NCBI GenBank assembly: GCA_963762675.1 | Contig: CAVXLS010000009.1 | Span: 84,756 to 148,755, forward strand | DNA from: an uncultured Thermoleophilia bacterium | GTDB lineage: Bacteria; Actinomycetota; Thermoleophilia; Gaiellales; Gaiellaceae | DNA length: 64,000 nt | Direction: 5' to 3' | Shown here: positions 38,100 through 48,034 of the stretch, piece by piece | Position numbering within the stretch: the stretch's first letter is position 1 | Layout of the letters: each line of letters begins with the position of its first letter | The notes under the pieces: model-generated | The model's input: only the letters and a program-made list of their open reading frames with translations | The model's database searches: none | Told to the model about the DNA's origin: nothing | Translations under genes and position numbers: made by a program

Positions 38100-38158
38100 G
38101 CCTCGATCCTCCCGCGGGAGGGCGGCGAAGACATCCGCACCCGGCACGGATCCGGAGC

Positions 38159-39170
38159 TCAGGGGAACAGGGCGCCGACCGTCTCCCGCCCGGCTGCATC
38201 GAGCGGCGAGTCGAGAGCCGCGAGGGCCGGAGCGAGCTGCTCGGGCCGGCGCGGACCGACGACGACGGCGGTGACACGCGGATCGGCGAGCAGCCAGGCG
38301 AACGCGAGCTCGGCGGGATCGCCCAGCTCCGCCAGGCGCTCGAGGCCGTCGAAGACCGGGTCGGTCCGGAGGTGCTCGTAGGACTCGGGACGCGTCGTCA
38401 TCCGCGAGCCGGCCGGGCGGCGGCTCGTTCCGGCGGTACTTGCCGGTCAGCCAGCCGCCGGCGAGCGGGCCGAAGGGCGTGAAGCCCAGGCCGTGCTCCT
38501 CGCAGAGCGGCAGCACCTCGCGCTCGGCCTCGCGGTCGAGCAGCGAGTAGGAGTTCTGCACCCAGCCGAAGCGACCGGCCGCGAGCGCTGCGCGGACCTG
38601 ACCGCCGTCGACGTTCGAGAGGCCGTAGGCGCCGATCTTCCCGGCGGCGACGAGCTCGTCGAGCGCCCCCGCCGTCTCCGCGATCGGAACCTCGGGGTCC
38701 CAGTCGTGGGTGAGGAACATGTCGACCCGCTCGACACCGAGCCGTTGCAGGCTGGACTCGACCTGGCGCTTCACGCGTGCCGGCGCCAGCCCGTGGTCGG
38801 CGCCCTCGCTCATCGGGTTGAACGTCTTCGTCGAGAGGACGAGCGAGTCGCGAACGTCCGGCCCCTGCGTGCGCAGCCAGTCGCCGATGGTGGTCTCGCT
38901 GCGCCCACCACCGTAGGCGTCGGCGGTGTCGAACGTCGTGATTCCGGCCTCCCAGGCCGCATCCATGAGCGCGAACGCCTGCTCGCGCGTCTCGCCCTTG
39001 CCGAAGAAGGCGGGCGACGAGCCGACGCCGCCGAAGTTGCCGCAGCCGAGGATCAGACGCGAGACGCGGATGCCGGTCGCGCCCAGGGCCGCCTTCGGCG
39101 GCCCGGTCTCCGGCCGGGCGCCGGCGGCTTCGCCGCCGGCGCTTCCAGCCCCGAGGTAGGCTCGTTCCAT
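38159..39170 (-). pseudogene. Aldo/keto reductase. One +1 frame break near 38411 as assembled.
   Basis: GIRVSRLILGCGNFGG...FDTADAYGGGRSE...LSTKTF...VDMFLTHDWD...VQNSYSLLDR...GPLAGGWLTGKYRRNEPPPG is in one frame. GSRMTTRPESYEHL...AFAWLLADPRVTAVVVGPRRPEQL is in the next. Confidence 0.85.
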
Positions 39171-40342
39171 GACGACGACGCTACTCGACGTCGAAGCCGT
39201 CCGTCGCCGCTTCTCGTCGCTGCGGGGCGGCTTCGCGTTCCTCGACGCGCCGGGCGGCTCGCAGGTGCCGGACGAGGTCGGCGAGGCGATCGCCCGCGCG
39301 CTCCGCGAGGCGAGCGCCAACCTCGGGGCGCCGTACGAGACCGGGCGACGGGTCGAGGAGATCCTCGTGCGGGCGCGCGCCGACGCGGGCCGGCTCCTCA
39401 ACTGCTCGGCCGACGACGTGATCTTCGGGACGAACATGACGACGCTCGACTTCATGCTCTCGCGGACGGCGTCGCGGGACTGGCGGGAAGGAGACCGCAT
39501 CCTCGTCTCGCGGCTCGACCACGACGGCGGCGTCGCGCCGTGGATCGAGCTCGCCGCCGACCGCGGGTTCGAGGTCGACTGGGTGGACGTGACGCGAGGA
39601 TCTCCGTCTCGACCTCGACGATCTCGAGCGCAAGCTGGACGAGCGGGTGCGCGTCGTCGCCTGCGTCGCCGCCTCGAATGCGGTCGGCACGGTCACCGAC
39701 GTCCGGCGCGTCGCCGAGCTGGCACGGGAGGCGGGCGCACTCTCGTGGGTCGACGCCGTCCACTATGCCGCGCACGAGCCGCTGGACGTCCAGGCGCTCG
39801 GCTGCGACGTGCTGATCTGCTCGCCGTACAAGTTCTGCGGCCCTCACCTCGGCCTCGCCTACGGCCGGCACGAGCTGCTCGAGTCGTGGCGCGCCTACAA
39901 GGCGCGCCCGGCCGGCTCGACCCCTGTCGGTCGCAAGTTCGAGACGGGAACCGCTCCCTACGAGCTGCTCGCGGGCTTCTCGGCGACGATCGCGTATCTC
40001 GAGTCGCTCGGCGGAATGGGCGTGCTGCGCGAGTACGAGCGTGGGCTCGGGCGACGATTTCTCGACGCCCTGCCCGACTCGGTCACCGTCTACGGGCTGC
40101 CGACGATGGAGGGCCGGGTACCCACGTTCCTGCTGAACGTCGAGGGCGTCGAGGCGACGACGGTGGCGGAGACGATGGCGGAGCGCGGCTACGGCGTCTG
40201 GGCGCACGACAACTGGTACTCGCTCGGCCTGCGCGAGAAGCTCCCGTATCCGCGCGACGCGGTGCGGGTCGGCTTCATCCACTACAACACCGAGACCGAG
40301 GTCGACGGCTTCGTCCGAGAGCTCGCTTCGCTGTCTGTCTGA
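39169..40342 (+). pseudogene. Class V aminotransferase / cysteine-desulfurase-like PLP enzyme. One +1 frame break near 39598 as assembled.
   Basis: MTTTLLDVEAVRRRFSSLRGGFAFLDAPGGSQVP...ILVSRLDHDGGVAPW is in frame 1. DLRLDLDDLERKLDERVRVVACVAASNAVGTV...ICSPYKFCGPHLG (PLP-Lys motif SPYKF) is in the +1 frame. Confidence 0.82.
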
Positions 40343-40450
40343 GCTGCGCACCGCTTCGCGCCCGCGCATGTCGGTCGCGGCGGCCGGGTTGCTTCGCCGA
40401 CGCCATTCGACCGCAGGAGCCGCGTCAGCCAAGAACACTGTGTTACTTGC

Positions 40451-40660
40451 TCAGCGACGGCGACGGCCGTTGAGCAGGCGCTCGTAGTACGCGCCGCCCG
40501 ACCGCGTCAGCACGCCGCCCCCGACCACCGCCCCGGCCGTGACGATCCCGGCCACTCCGAAGAAGAAGCCGAGAATCACGGCGGCCCGCCATCCCCAGGC
40601 GACGATCGCCGCGACCGAGAGAGCGACGAGAGCGAGCACGACGACTACGCGCCACCGCAT
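40451..40660 (-). CDS. Small hypothetical membrane protein (69 aa, two predicted TM helices)
   Basis: MRWRVVVVLALVALSVAAIVAWGWRAAVILGFFFGVAGIVTAGAVVGGGVL... Strong GC3 bias, same strand as the IlvA-like gene and 75 nt downstream of it. No recognisable family. Confidence 0.45.
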   Translation of the reverse strand: MRWRVVVVLALVALSVAAIVAWGWRAAVILGFFFGVAGIVTAGAVVGGGVLTRSGGAYYERLLNGRRRR

Positions 40661-40735
40661 CGTCTCCCAGTCTATGCCCGCCTACCGGTGCGGCTTACGG
40701 CGTCTCGCTCTCGAAAAGGGAGAGGCCGAGATCGG

Positions 40736-41684
40736 CTAGGTGAGCGTCTCGCCCGCGAGGATACGTGCCAGGATGCCGGGATCGATGTTGCCGCCGCTGA
40801 CGATGCAGACGACGCGACCCTCGCCGGCGGCGCCGGAGAGCGCCGCCGCCACCGCCAGCGCGCCGGCGCCTTCGGCGACGACACGGGCACGCGACGCGAG
40901 CAGTCGCATCGCGGCCGCGACCTCGGCGAGCGGCACGGGAAGCGCGGCGTCGACGAGCTCACGGGCGCGCTCCCACACCCCCGGGAGCAGCAGCGGGCCG
41001 CCCGCGCCGTCCACGAACGACGGCACGTGCTCGACCTCGACCTGCTCGCCGGCGGCGAACGAGGCGGCGAGCGGCGCTCCGGTCTCGGGCTCGACCGAGA
41101 CGACGCGGGCCCCCGGACGGAGCGCCGTGACGGCGCTCGCGATGCCGAGGGTGAGCCCACCTCCACCCCACGGCACGACGACCGCGTCGAAGGCCGCCAG
41201 CTCCTCCACGAGCTCCAGACCGATCGTGCCGTTGCCGGCCATCACGGCCGGATCGTCGGAGGGATGGACGAACAGGCCGTCGACGCCCTCGTATGCCGCG
41301 GTCGACCATCGCCTGCCACCACGCGTCGTACGACACCGGGATCAGCTCGCCGCCGAGACGCTCGACCGCGTCGAGCTTCGCCCGCGACGCGCCCTCCGGC
41401 ACGACGATCCGCGCCCGCACACCGGCCTCGCGGGCGGCCCAGGCGACGCCCTGCGCCATGTTCCCGACGCTCGCCGTGACCACGCCGCCGGCCAGCTCGC
41501 CGGTCGACGCCGCACGAACCGCCGAGAGGGCTCCGCGCAGCTTGAACGAGCCGATCGGCTGCAGGTTCTCGAGCTTGAGCCAGACCTCGCACGGAGCGTC
41601 CGCGTCGAGCCGGACGAGCGGAGTCGACACGACCGCGTCGGCGATCCGCTCCCGGGCACGCCGGATCTCGTCGAGCGGGATCAC
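40736..41684 (-). pseudogene. PLP-dependent threonine/serine dehydratase-like enzyme (IlvA/TdcB/serine racemase fold). One +1 frame break near 41293.
   Basis: STPLVRLDADAPCEVWLKLENLQPIGSFKLRGA (PLP-Lys motif SFKxRG)...VTASVGNMAQG is in one frame. YEGVDGLFVHPSDDPAVMAGNGTIGLELVEE...VVPWGGGGL...VSGGN is in the next. The GTG start overlaps the TDO stop (GTGA). Confidence 0.82.
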
Positions 41685-42412
41685 TCGCGCGAGGCGTCCG
41701 GGTCGCTCTGCCTGGCGAGCTCGGTCAGCTCGGTGCGGACGCGCCAGAGCTCCGGGTAGAGCTTGTTCTTGATCAGCCCGGCCAGGAGCTCGACCGGCGT
41801 CCCCTGCGTGCCGACGACGTCCTCGCCGATGATGCGCGCCACGACCTTGAAGTGGCGGTAGCGCCACACCCCGACTCGCTCGTCCCACTCGGTCAGGAGC
41901 TCGGCCAGCTGGTACAGATCCTCGTGCTCTCTGCCGCGGGTGTACACCTCGAGCAGCGACAGCCCCCGCTCCTGCCGCACCGCGTCGAACGCCGCATAGA
42001 GCGGCGGCGAGACCCGCCGGATCTCGCGAAAGCCCGGCGAGTCGAAGCCGGAGCCGTGCCCGAGCACCCGCCGCACCTCCTGGTACTCCCACGGCGACAT
42101 CTGCTCGAGGTGCCCGAGGAAGCCCTCGACGTACGCGACGGCCGCGCATGCGCGCCGCAGGAGCCGAGCCGCACCGGCGAGATCGCGAGTCTCGACGAGA
42201 CGCGTCGCCTCCTCGACCTCCGTCCACGCGTGCTTCAGCCACAGCTCCGAGGCCTGGTGCACCGTCTGGAAGAGCAGCTCGTCGCGGTGCACCCACTCGT
42301 CCGGGGTCTTCTGGAGCGAGAGCAGCTCGTCGGTTCGCAGATAGCGCTCGTAATCCGACCCCCCGGCGCCCTCGAGGATCGGGGCGAACTCGTCCGCGTC
42401 GGTCGCCGCCAT
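41681..42412 (-). CDS. Tryptophan 2,3-dioxygenase-family haem protein (short, 243 aa)
   Basis: SDYERYLRTDELLSLQ...HRDELLFQTVHQASELWLKH and WRYRHFKVVARIIG match the TDO distal and proximal His regions. The GTGGSSG-like segment after the proximal His is divergent. Confidence 0.75.
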   Translation of the reverse strand: MAATDADEFAPILEGAGGSDYERYLRTDELLSLQKTPDEWVHRDELLFQTVHQASELWLKHAWTEVEEATRLVETRDLAGAARLLRRACAAVAYVEGFLGHLEQMSPWEYQEVRRVLGHGSGFDSPGFREIRRVSPPLYAAFDAVRQERGLSLLEVYTRGREHEDLYQLAELLTEWDERVGVWRYRHFKVVARIIGEDVVGTQGTPVELLAGLIKNKLYPELWRVRTELTELARQSDPDASRE

Positions 42413-42421
42413 GCCCGGACC

Positions 42422-43573
42422 CTAGCGCGTCCCGACGCCGTCGAAGATCCGCATGGGCAGCCCCGCGAGCGGGACACCGCCCTCGTCGGTGACGAGCCAC
42501 GTGTCCTGCATGTAGAGGCACGCCTGCCCGTCGTCGGAGATCGCGTGCGGGTGCATCGAGAGCACCATCCCGGCGCGCAGCTCGGTCTCGTCGCCCTCGC
42601 CGATCTTCGGGAACTCGATCATCGTCATCCCGATCGAGTGGCCGGTGACGTGACCGAGCCGGTAGCCGCGCTCGGTGAAGCCGCGGGCGACCGCCCGGTG
42701 CGCGTCGTGCGCGGTCGCGCCCGTGCGCAGCACCTCCTTCGCAGCGGCGAAGTACTCCTCGTACGCCTCGAGCATGCGCTTCGTGTCGTCACCGGGCTCG
42801 GCCGGGCAGATCGCACGCGAGACCTCCACCCAGTGGCCGCCCGGTCCCGCCACCTCCAGCGACGGCAGGACGAGATCCGTCGGCCCGATCCTCCGCCTAC
42901 CGGCGATCTTGAACTCGGGCAGCGCCGAGCCGCCGGGGCCGTCGAGCACCATGTCCATCGTCCAACGCCCGCAGCCCTGGGAGACGAAGTACTCCTCGCA
43001 CGGCGCGAGGATCTCGCGCTCCGTCCTCCCCGGCGCGAACGCATCGCAGAAGATGCGGAAGCCCTCTGCGTTGATCCGCACGGACTCGCGCACCGACGCG
43101 AGCTCGAGCTCCGACTTGACCATCCGCGCGTGGTCGAAGCCGACGTCCCAGCCGACCACCTCGCAGGACCCCTCGAGCGCGCGGAAGTCGCGGACCGTCA
43201 TGACGTAGTCCAGCCCGTAGACGCCGACGCGCATCCCGCGCACCCGGTCGGCGAGCCAGTCCCCCGGCCGGTCGACGAACACCTGCTCCTCCAGCCACGT
43301 CGTCCCGTGCTCGCCGACGTACCGCGCCTCGCTCGGGAAGACGATCGCCGGCTCGCCGTCGACCGGGAGCAGGACGTACGCGTAGCGGTGGACGATGTTG
43401 AACCCGGAGAGGTAGGTGACCGCGCCCTCGAAGCCCGTGTACTCGTTGCCGCAGACGATCACCGCGTCGAGGCCGTCGCGGCCGGCCGCCTCCCGCACCA
43501 GCCCGTGGCGACGCTCGACCTCGTCCCGCGGCAAGCCCGTATACGAGATCTCGTTCACACTCACACCTGCCAT
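42422..43573 (-). CDS. M24-family (creatinase/Xaa-Pro peptidase fold) protein with divergent metal-ligand positions
   Basis: MAGVSVNEISYTGLPRDEVERRHGLVREAAGRDGLDAVIV is a creatinase-type N-domain. The pita-bread C-domain has GHWVEVSRAI, HVTGHSIGM, VLSMHPH and LYMQDTWLVT. Confidence 0.75.
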   Translation of the reverse strand: MAGVSVNEISYTGLPRDEVERRHGLVREAAGRDGLDAVIVCGNEYTGFEGAVTYLSGFNIVHRYAYVLLPVDGEPAIVFPSEARYVGEHGTTWLEEQVFVDRPGDWLADRVRGMRVGVYGLDYVMTVRDFRALEGSCEVVGWDVGFDHARMVKSELELASVRESVRINAEGFRIFCDAFAPGRTEREILAPCEEYFVSQGCGRWTMDMVLDGPGGSALPEFKIAGRRRIGPTDLVLPSLEVAGPGGHWVEVSRAICPAEPGDDTKRMLEAYEEYFAAAKEVLRTGATAHDAHRAVARGFTERGYRLGHVTGHSIGMTMIEFPKIGEGDETELRAGMVLSMHPHAISDDGQACLYMQDTWLVTDEGGVPLAGLPMRIFDGVGTR

Positions 43574-44478
43574 GACTGCTCCACCCCTTTCACGAGCGCC
43601 CAGATCGCCTCGTTCAGCGGCGTCGGGACCCCGTGCTGGCGTCCGAAGCGGACGATACCGCCGTTGAGATAGTCGATCTCGGTCGTGCGGCGAGCGTCGA
43701 CGTCCTGGAGCATCGAGGCTCTGTGGTCGTACGCGACCTCCGGGCGCGCCGCGTGGTCGATCAGCTCCTCCGGGTCGGTGTCGAGGACGATCCCCTGCGC
43801 GGCGGCGACCGCCTTCCCCTCGTCGACGAGTCCGGAGACGAGTGCACGAAGGTCGGGCCGCTCGCAGACGCGGCCGTGCGTAAGCCCGGTCAGCGCCCCG
43901 ATCGGGTTCGTCGCCGCGTTGAAGATCACCTTGCGCCACTGCGGCCCACGGGCATCGGCGACGGCGCGTGTCGGCATGCCGGCGCGGGTGCAGGCCTCGG
44001 CGAGCCGCTCCACCTGCTCCAGGGACACACGCTCGTCGTAGGGGCCGAGCGTCGTGTCGCCCTTGACGTCCCAGCGGACGTGCCCCGGCTCGAGAATCCT
44101 GCCCGCGGGGAAGGTCGTGCCCCGGATCACGCGCTCGACGTGCGCCGCGATCGTCTCCTCGTTGCCGAGACCGTTCTGGACGGTCGCGACGCAGCCGTCT
44201 GCGAAGGCGTGGGCGGTGGCGGCGATCGCGGCCTCGGTGTGCATCGCCTTGGTCGCCACGATCCCGAAGTCGCACGCCGGCAGCTCGCCGGGGTCGGCGG
44301 TCGCTCGCGGGCGCCCGACGACCTCGCCGGCGCCGGAGAGACGCAGCCCGCCGGCGTTGATCGCGTCGACGTGCTCGCGCGAGAGGTCGTATGCCCAGAC
44401 CGCGACGTCCTCCAGCAGGGAGAGGTTCGCCGCGAACAGGGAGCCCACGGCGCCGCACCCCACGATGCACACTCTCAT
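43561..44478 (-). CDS. 2-dehydropantoate 2-reductase-like (ApbA/PanE family) oxidoreductase, copy 2
   Basis: MRVCIVGCGAVGSLFAANL is a Rossmann fold; also ...KAMHTEAA..., QNGLGNEE, ...SMLQDVDARRTTEIDYLNG. AAGGAGG lies 11 nt upstream of the ATG. Confidence 0.85.
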   Translation of the reverse strand: MRVCIVGCGAVGSLFAANLSLLEDVAVWAYDLSREHVDAINAGGLRLSGAGEVVGRPRATADPGELPACDFGIVATKAMHTEAAIAATAHAFADGCVATVQNGLGNEETIAAHVERVIRGTTFPAGRILEPGHVRWDVKGDTTLGPYDERVSLEQVERLAEACTRAGMPTRAVADARGPQWRKVIFNAATNPIGALTGLTHGRVCERPDLRALVSGLVDEGKAVAAAQGIVLDTDPEELIDHAARPEVAYDHRASMLQDVDARRTTEIDYLNGGIVRFGRQHGVPTPLNEAIWALVKGVEQSWQV

Positions 44479-45393
44479 CGAGTAGCTTGCCTCCTTCGCC
44501 TTGACGAGCCGGTAGAGCGCCGTCTGCAGCGGGGCCGCGACCCCGAGCCGTTGCGCCTCGCGCACGAGCGCGCCGTTGATCAGCTCGAGCTCGGTCGGGC
44601 GGTGCGCCTCGACGTCCTCCAGCATCGACGGGTAGTGCCGGTAGCCGCGACGGGTCGCGAGCACGTTCATCTCCCACGGGTCGTCGTGCAGGTCGACGCC
44701 CGCCGCCGCGGCGACCGCCTTGCCCTCGTCCACGAGGTCGCGGACGAGGTGCCCGAGGTCCGAGAGCGTCCCGGTCTCGGCGAAGTGGGGATCGTGCGGC
44801 AGCTCCGTCAGCGCGGCGACGCCGTTCACGGTCGCGTTGAAGATCAGCTTCGACCACTGCGCCGGGCGCAGGTCGGCGAACGCCTGCGCCTTCAGGCCGG
44901 ACGACACGATCAGCTCTGCGACCCGGCGCGCGTCCGCCTCCGTCGTGCCGCGGTTCGGGCCGATCCACGTCTCCGTGTCGAGTACGTACTCGACGTGCGC
45001 GTCGTCGTGACGCGTCCCGCTCATGAACGTGACCGACGAGAGCAGCGGCCACTCGCCGTGCGAGGCGACGAGCTCCTCCGCGCCGAGCCCGTTCTGCACC
45101 GTCATCACCGTGGCCCCCGCCAGCCGGCCCTCGAGCGCCTCGGCGAGCGGCTCGACGTCCGTGCCCTTGCAGGCGACGATCGCGAGGTCGGCGTCCGGCA
45201 GCGCCGCGGGATCCGCCGTCGCGGCGACGGAGACGGTGAAGTCGGCGCGGCCGGAGATCCGCAGCCCCCGCTCCTCGAGCGCCCGCGCGTGCTCGCCGCG
45301 CCGCGTCAGAACGGTGACGTCGGCCACCCTGGCGAGGTGTCCGGCGAACAGGCTGCCGATCGCGCCCGCGCCCGCGACGCACACGCGTGTCAC
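44479..45393 (-). CDS. 2-dehydropantoate 2-reductase-like (ApbA/PanE family) oxidoreductase, copy 1. No stop codon before copy 2 as assembled.
   Basis: VTRVCVAGAGAIGSLFAGHL..., ACKGTDVEP, QNGLGAEE, SMLEDVEAHRPTELELING, ...LYRLVKAKEASYS, running in frame straight into MRVCIVG. The GTG start overlaps the LivM stop (GTGA). Confidence 0.8.
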
Positions 45394-46425
45394 GCGGCGG
45401 GCTCCGGCGTGCCCGGCGGCGCGGGAGGCCGGCGGCGGGGCAACGACAGCTCGCGCCCGCCGCTGAGTCCGCTCGGCCGGAGGACGAGGACGACCGCCAT
45501 CAGAACGCCGACCACGATCAAGGCGGTTCCCGCTCGGCAGGTCGAGATGCCAGCCGAAGACGCCTATGCCGTTCTCCGCCGCGGCGAGGAACGAGTCGAG
45601 CCCGCTGACGAAGAGCGCGCCGACAACGGCGCCGAGGAGGCTGCCGGAACCGCCGACGACGAGCATCGCGAGCGTGATGAAGGTCAGGTCGAGCGAGAGC
45701 GAGTCGATGTTGAGCGGCAGCAGGTGGACGTAGAGGCCGCCGGCGAAGCCGGCGAGAGCGCCCGAGAGCGCGAAGGCGACGAGCCGCTGCCGGTAGACGG
45801 AGATCCCGGCCGCCGACGCTGCCGCGGGATCCTCGCGCGTCGCCCGCAGCATCCGCCCGAAGCGGCTGCGCTGGTAGACGAAGGCGAGAGCGACGCAGAC
45901 GAGCGCGCCGATCGCCGCCTGCCAGATTCCCGTCGTCTGCGGCACCGACGAGAACGCATTCAGCCCGGGCCCGATCTTCTCGTAGTAGCGGAGCATGTTG
46001 TTCGTGATCTCGAGCACGCCGAAGGTGGCGATGCCGGCCGCGAGGCCGGAGAGGCGCATCAGCGGCAGCCCGACGACGAAGGCGAACACGAGTCCGGCGA
46101 GCGCGGCCAGCAGGAGCGAGGGCACGTTGCCGACGTGCGCGGTGTGCAGGAAGTGCGCGAGGTTCGGCATGATCGCCGACTTCTCGCTGGCAGGCACCGA
46201 GAGGACACCCGCTGTCCAGACGCCGAGCGCGACGAAGCTGACGTGTCCGAAGGAGAGGACGCCGGAGTTGCCGATGAAGACGTAGAGCGCGACGACGATC
46301 GAGGTCTTGACGAGCGTGTCGAGGAAGTACGTCTGCAGGGACGTCGACACGGCGAGGCCGAGCAACGCCGCAGCGAGGACGAGGGCGGCCGGCGCCAGCA
46401 ACTCGGGCACGTGGCGCACTCTCAT
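45390..46425 (-). pseudogene. Branched-chain amino-acid-type ABC permease (LivM-like), second system. One +1 frame break near 45530.
   Basis: MRVRHVPELLAPAALVL...GNSGVLSFGHVSFVALG...REDPAAASAAGISV...WHLDLPS is in one frame. The C-terminus GTALIVVGVLMAVVLVLRPSGLSGG...* is in the +1 frame and ends in a GTGA overlap with PanE copy 1. Confidence 0.82.
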
Positions 46426-47330
46426 ACGCGCTCCACTGCACCGCCGCCGCGCGTGAACAGCCCACCGGGACGCACGAGGAGGACTCCGATCACGGCCGCG
46501 AACAGGAACGTCGGCAGGTACTGACTCTGGTTGGTCGGCAGGGCGCCGCCGAGGAGGCCGCTCGCGAAGCCGATCGCAAAGCCGCCGAGCGTCGCGGGGA
46601 CGGGACGGTTGAGGCCACCGAGCACGACCCCGGCGAGCACGACGATCGTGTTGTCGAGGGCGAAGTTGGGGGTGACGAGCGGGCTCTGCACCGTCAGCAT
46701 CACCGAGACGACCGCGGCGAGCAGCCCGGAGACGAGAACTGCGCCGCCGATGACGCGGTTCGCCCGCACGCCGAGCAGCCGGGCGGTGTCGAAGTCCATC
46801 GCGGCCGCGCGCATCTGCAGTCCGACCGACGTCCGCGTCAGCAAGAGCTGCAGCAGGAGCAGGCAGCCGGCCGCGACGACGATCGAGACGACCGCGATCT
46901 TGCGGATGTCGACACCGGAGATGTCCCACGGCCGGTTCAGAGGCGCGAGCGAGCTGGCGATCTTCCCGAGCGGCCCGAACGCAAGGAGGGCGATGCTCTG
47001 CAGGAGAAAGGCGACCGCGAACGTCGCGACGAGCATCACGGCGGGCGACTGGGTCCGCAGTGGCCGGAAGACCAGCCGGTCCATCGCAACCGAGAGCGCC
47101 AGCACGATCGCGAAGCAGAGGAGGATTCCGGCCCAGCTCGGCCAGTCCCACTGGGAGGCGAAGGCGAGCGCGTAGGCGCCGGCCATGATCAGCTGGCCGT
47201 AGGCGAAGTTGACGAGGCGGAGGACGCCGAAGACGAGCCCGATCCCGACCGCCATCAGCGCGTAGACGCCGCCGAGCGCGAGCGCGTCCGCGAGCGTCTG
47301 CCACGAGATGTTGACGATCGCGAGCATCAT
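46422..47330 (-). CDS. Branched-chain amino-acid-type ABC permease (LivH-like), second system
   Basis: 302-aa ORF ...LALGGVYALMAVGIGLVFGVLRLVNFAYGQLIMAGAY... The stop overlaps the LivM ATG (ATGA). Confidence 0.88.
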   Translation of the reverse strand: MMLAIVNISWQTLADALALGGVYALMAVGIGLVFGVLRLVNFAYGQLIMAGAYALAFASQWDWPSWAGILLCFAIVLALSVAMDRLVFRPLRTQSPAVMLVATFAVAFLLQSIALLAFGPLGKIASSLAPLNRPWDISGVDIRKIAVVSIVVAAGCLLLLQLLLTRTSVGLQMRAAAMDFDTARLLGVRANRVIGGAVLVSGLLAAVVSVMLTVQSPLVTPNFALDNTIVVLAGVVLGGLNRPVPATLGGFAIGFASGLLGGALPTNQSQYLPTFLFAAVIGVLLVRPGGLFTRGGGAVERV

Positions 47331-48034
47331 GCGAGATACGCGGCGACGAGCCGGTCGGTGTCGCCCGCGTCGTCGGGCCCGAGGGTGAGGCGCAGCTCGC
47401 CGTTGGCGAGCACGTGCGAGCGGTCGGCGAGCTCGACTGTCCGCTGCGCACGCTGCTCGACGAGCAGGACGGCGAGACCGCGCTCGCGGATCGCGGCGAG
47501 CGCGTCGAAGACGACGTCGACGATCCGGGGCGCGAGCCCGAGCGACGGCTCGTCGAGCAGGAGCACGTCCGGCTCGGCGACGAGAGCGCGAGCGATCGCG
47601 AGCTGCTGCTGCTGGCCGCCGGAGAGCGCACCCGCGGGACGGCGGCGGAAGTCCCGGATCACCTGGAAGAGGTCGTAGGCGCCCTCGATCGCGGCCGCCG
47701 CGTCGCCGCCGGGCCGCCGCCCCGCGAGCCCGAGCCGGAGGTTCTCCTCCACGGTCAGCTCGCCGAAGATCCGCCGCCCCTCGGGCACTAGCGCGATCCC
47801 GCTCCGCGCGACCTCCTCGGAGCGCCGCCCGACGAGCGAGACGTCGTCGAGGCGCACGTCGCCTCCGGCGACGGGAGCAGCGCCCATGATCGCGTGCAGC
47901 GTCGAGGACTTCCCGGCGCCGTTCGGGCCGATCAGCCCCACGATCTCGCCCGGCCGCACCTCGAGCGAAAGGCCGCGCACGGCCGCCACGGCGCCGTATC
48001 GAACCTCGAGCCCGTCGAGCACGAGCACGCTCAT
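47327..48034 (-). CDS. Branched-chain amino-acid-type ABC ATP-binding protein (LivF-like), second system
   Basis: MSVLVLDGLEVRYG..., GPNGAGKSS, LSGGQQQQ, VLLLDEPSLGL. Confidence 0.9.
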   Translation of the reverse strand: MSVLVLDGLEVRYGAVAAVRGLSLEVRPGEIVGLIGPNGAGKSSTLHAIMGAAPVAGGDVRLDDVSLVGRRSEEVARSGIALVPEGRRIFGELTVEENLRLGLAGRRPGGDAAAAIEGAYDLFQVIRDFRRRPAGALSGGQQQQLAIARALVAEPDVLLLDEPSLGLAPRIVDVVFDALAAIRERGLAVLLVEQRAQRTVELADRSHVLANGELRLTLGPDDAGDTDRLVAAYLA

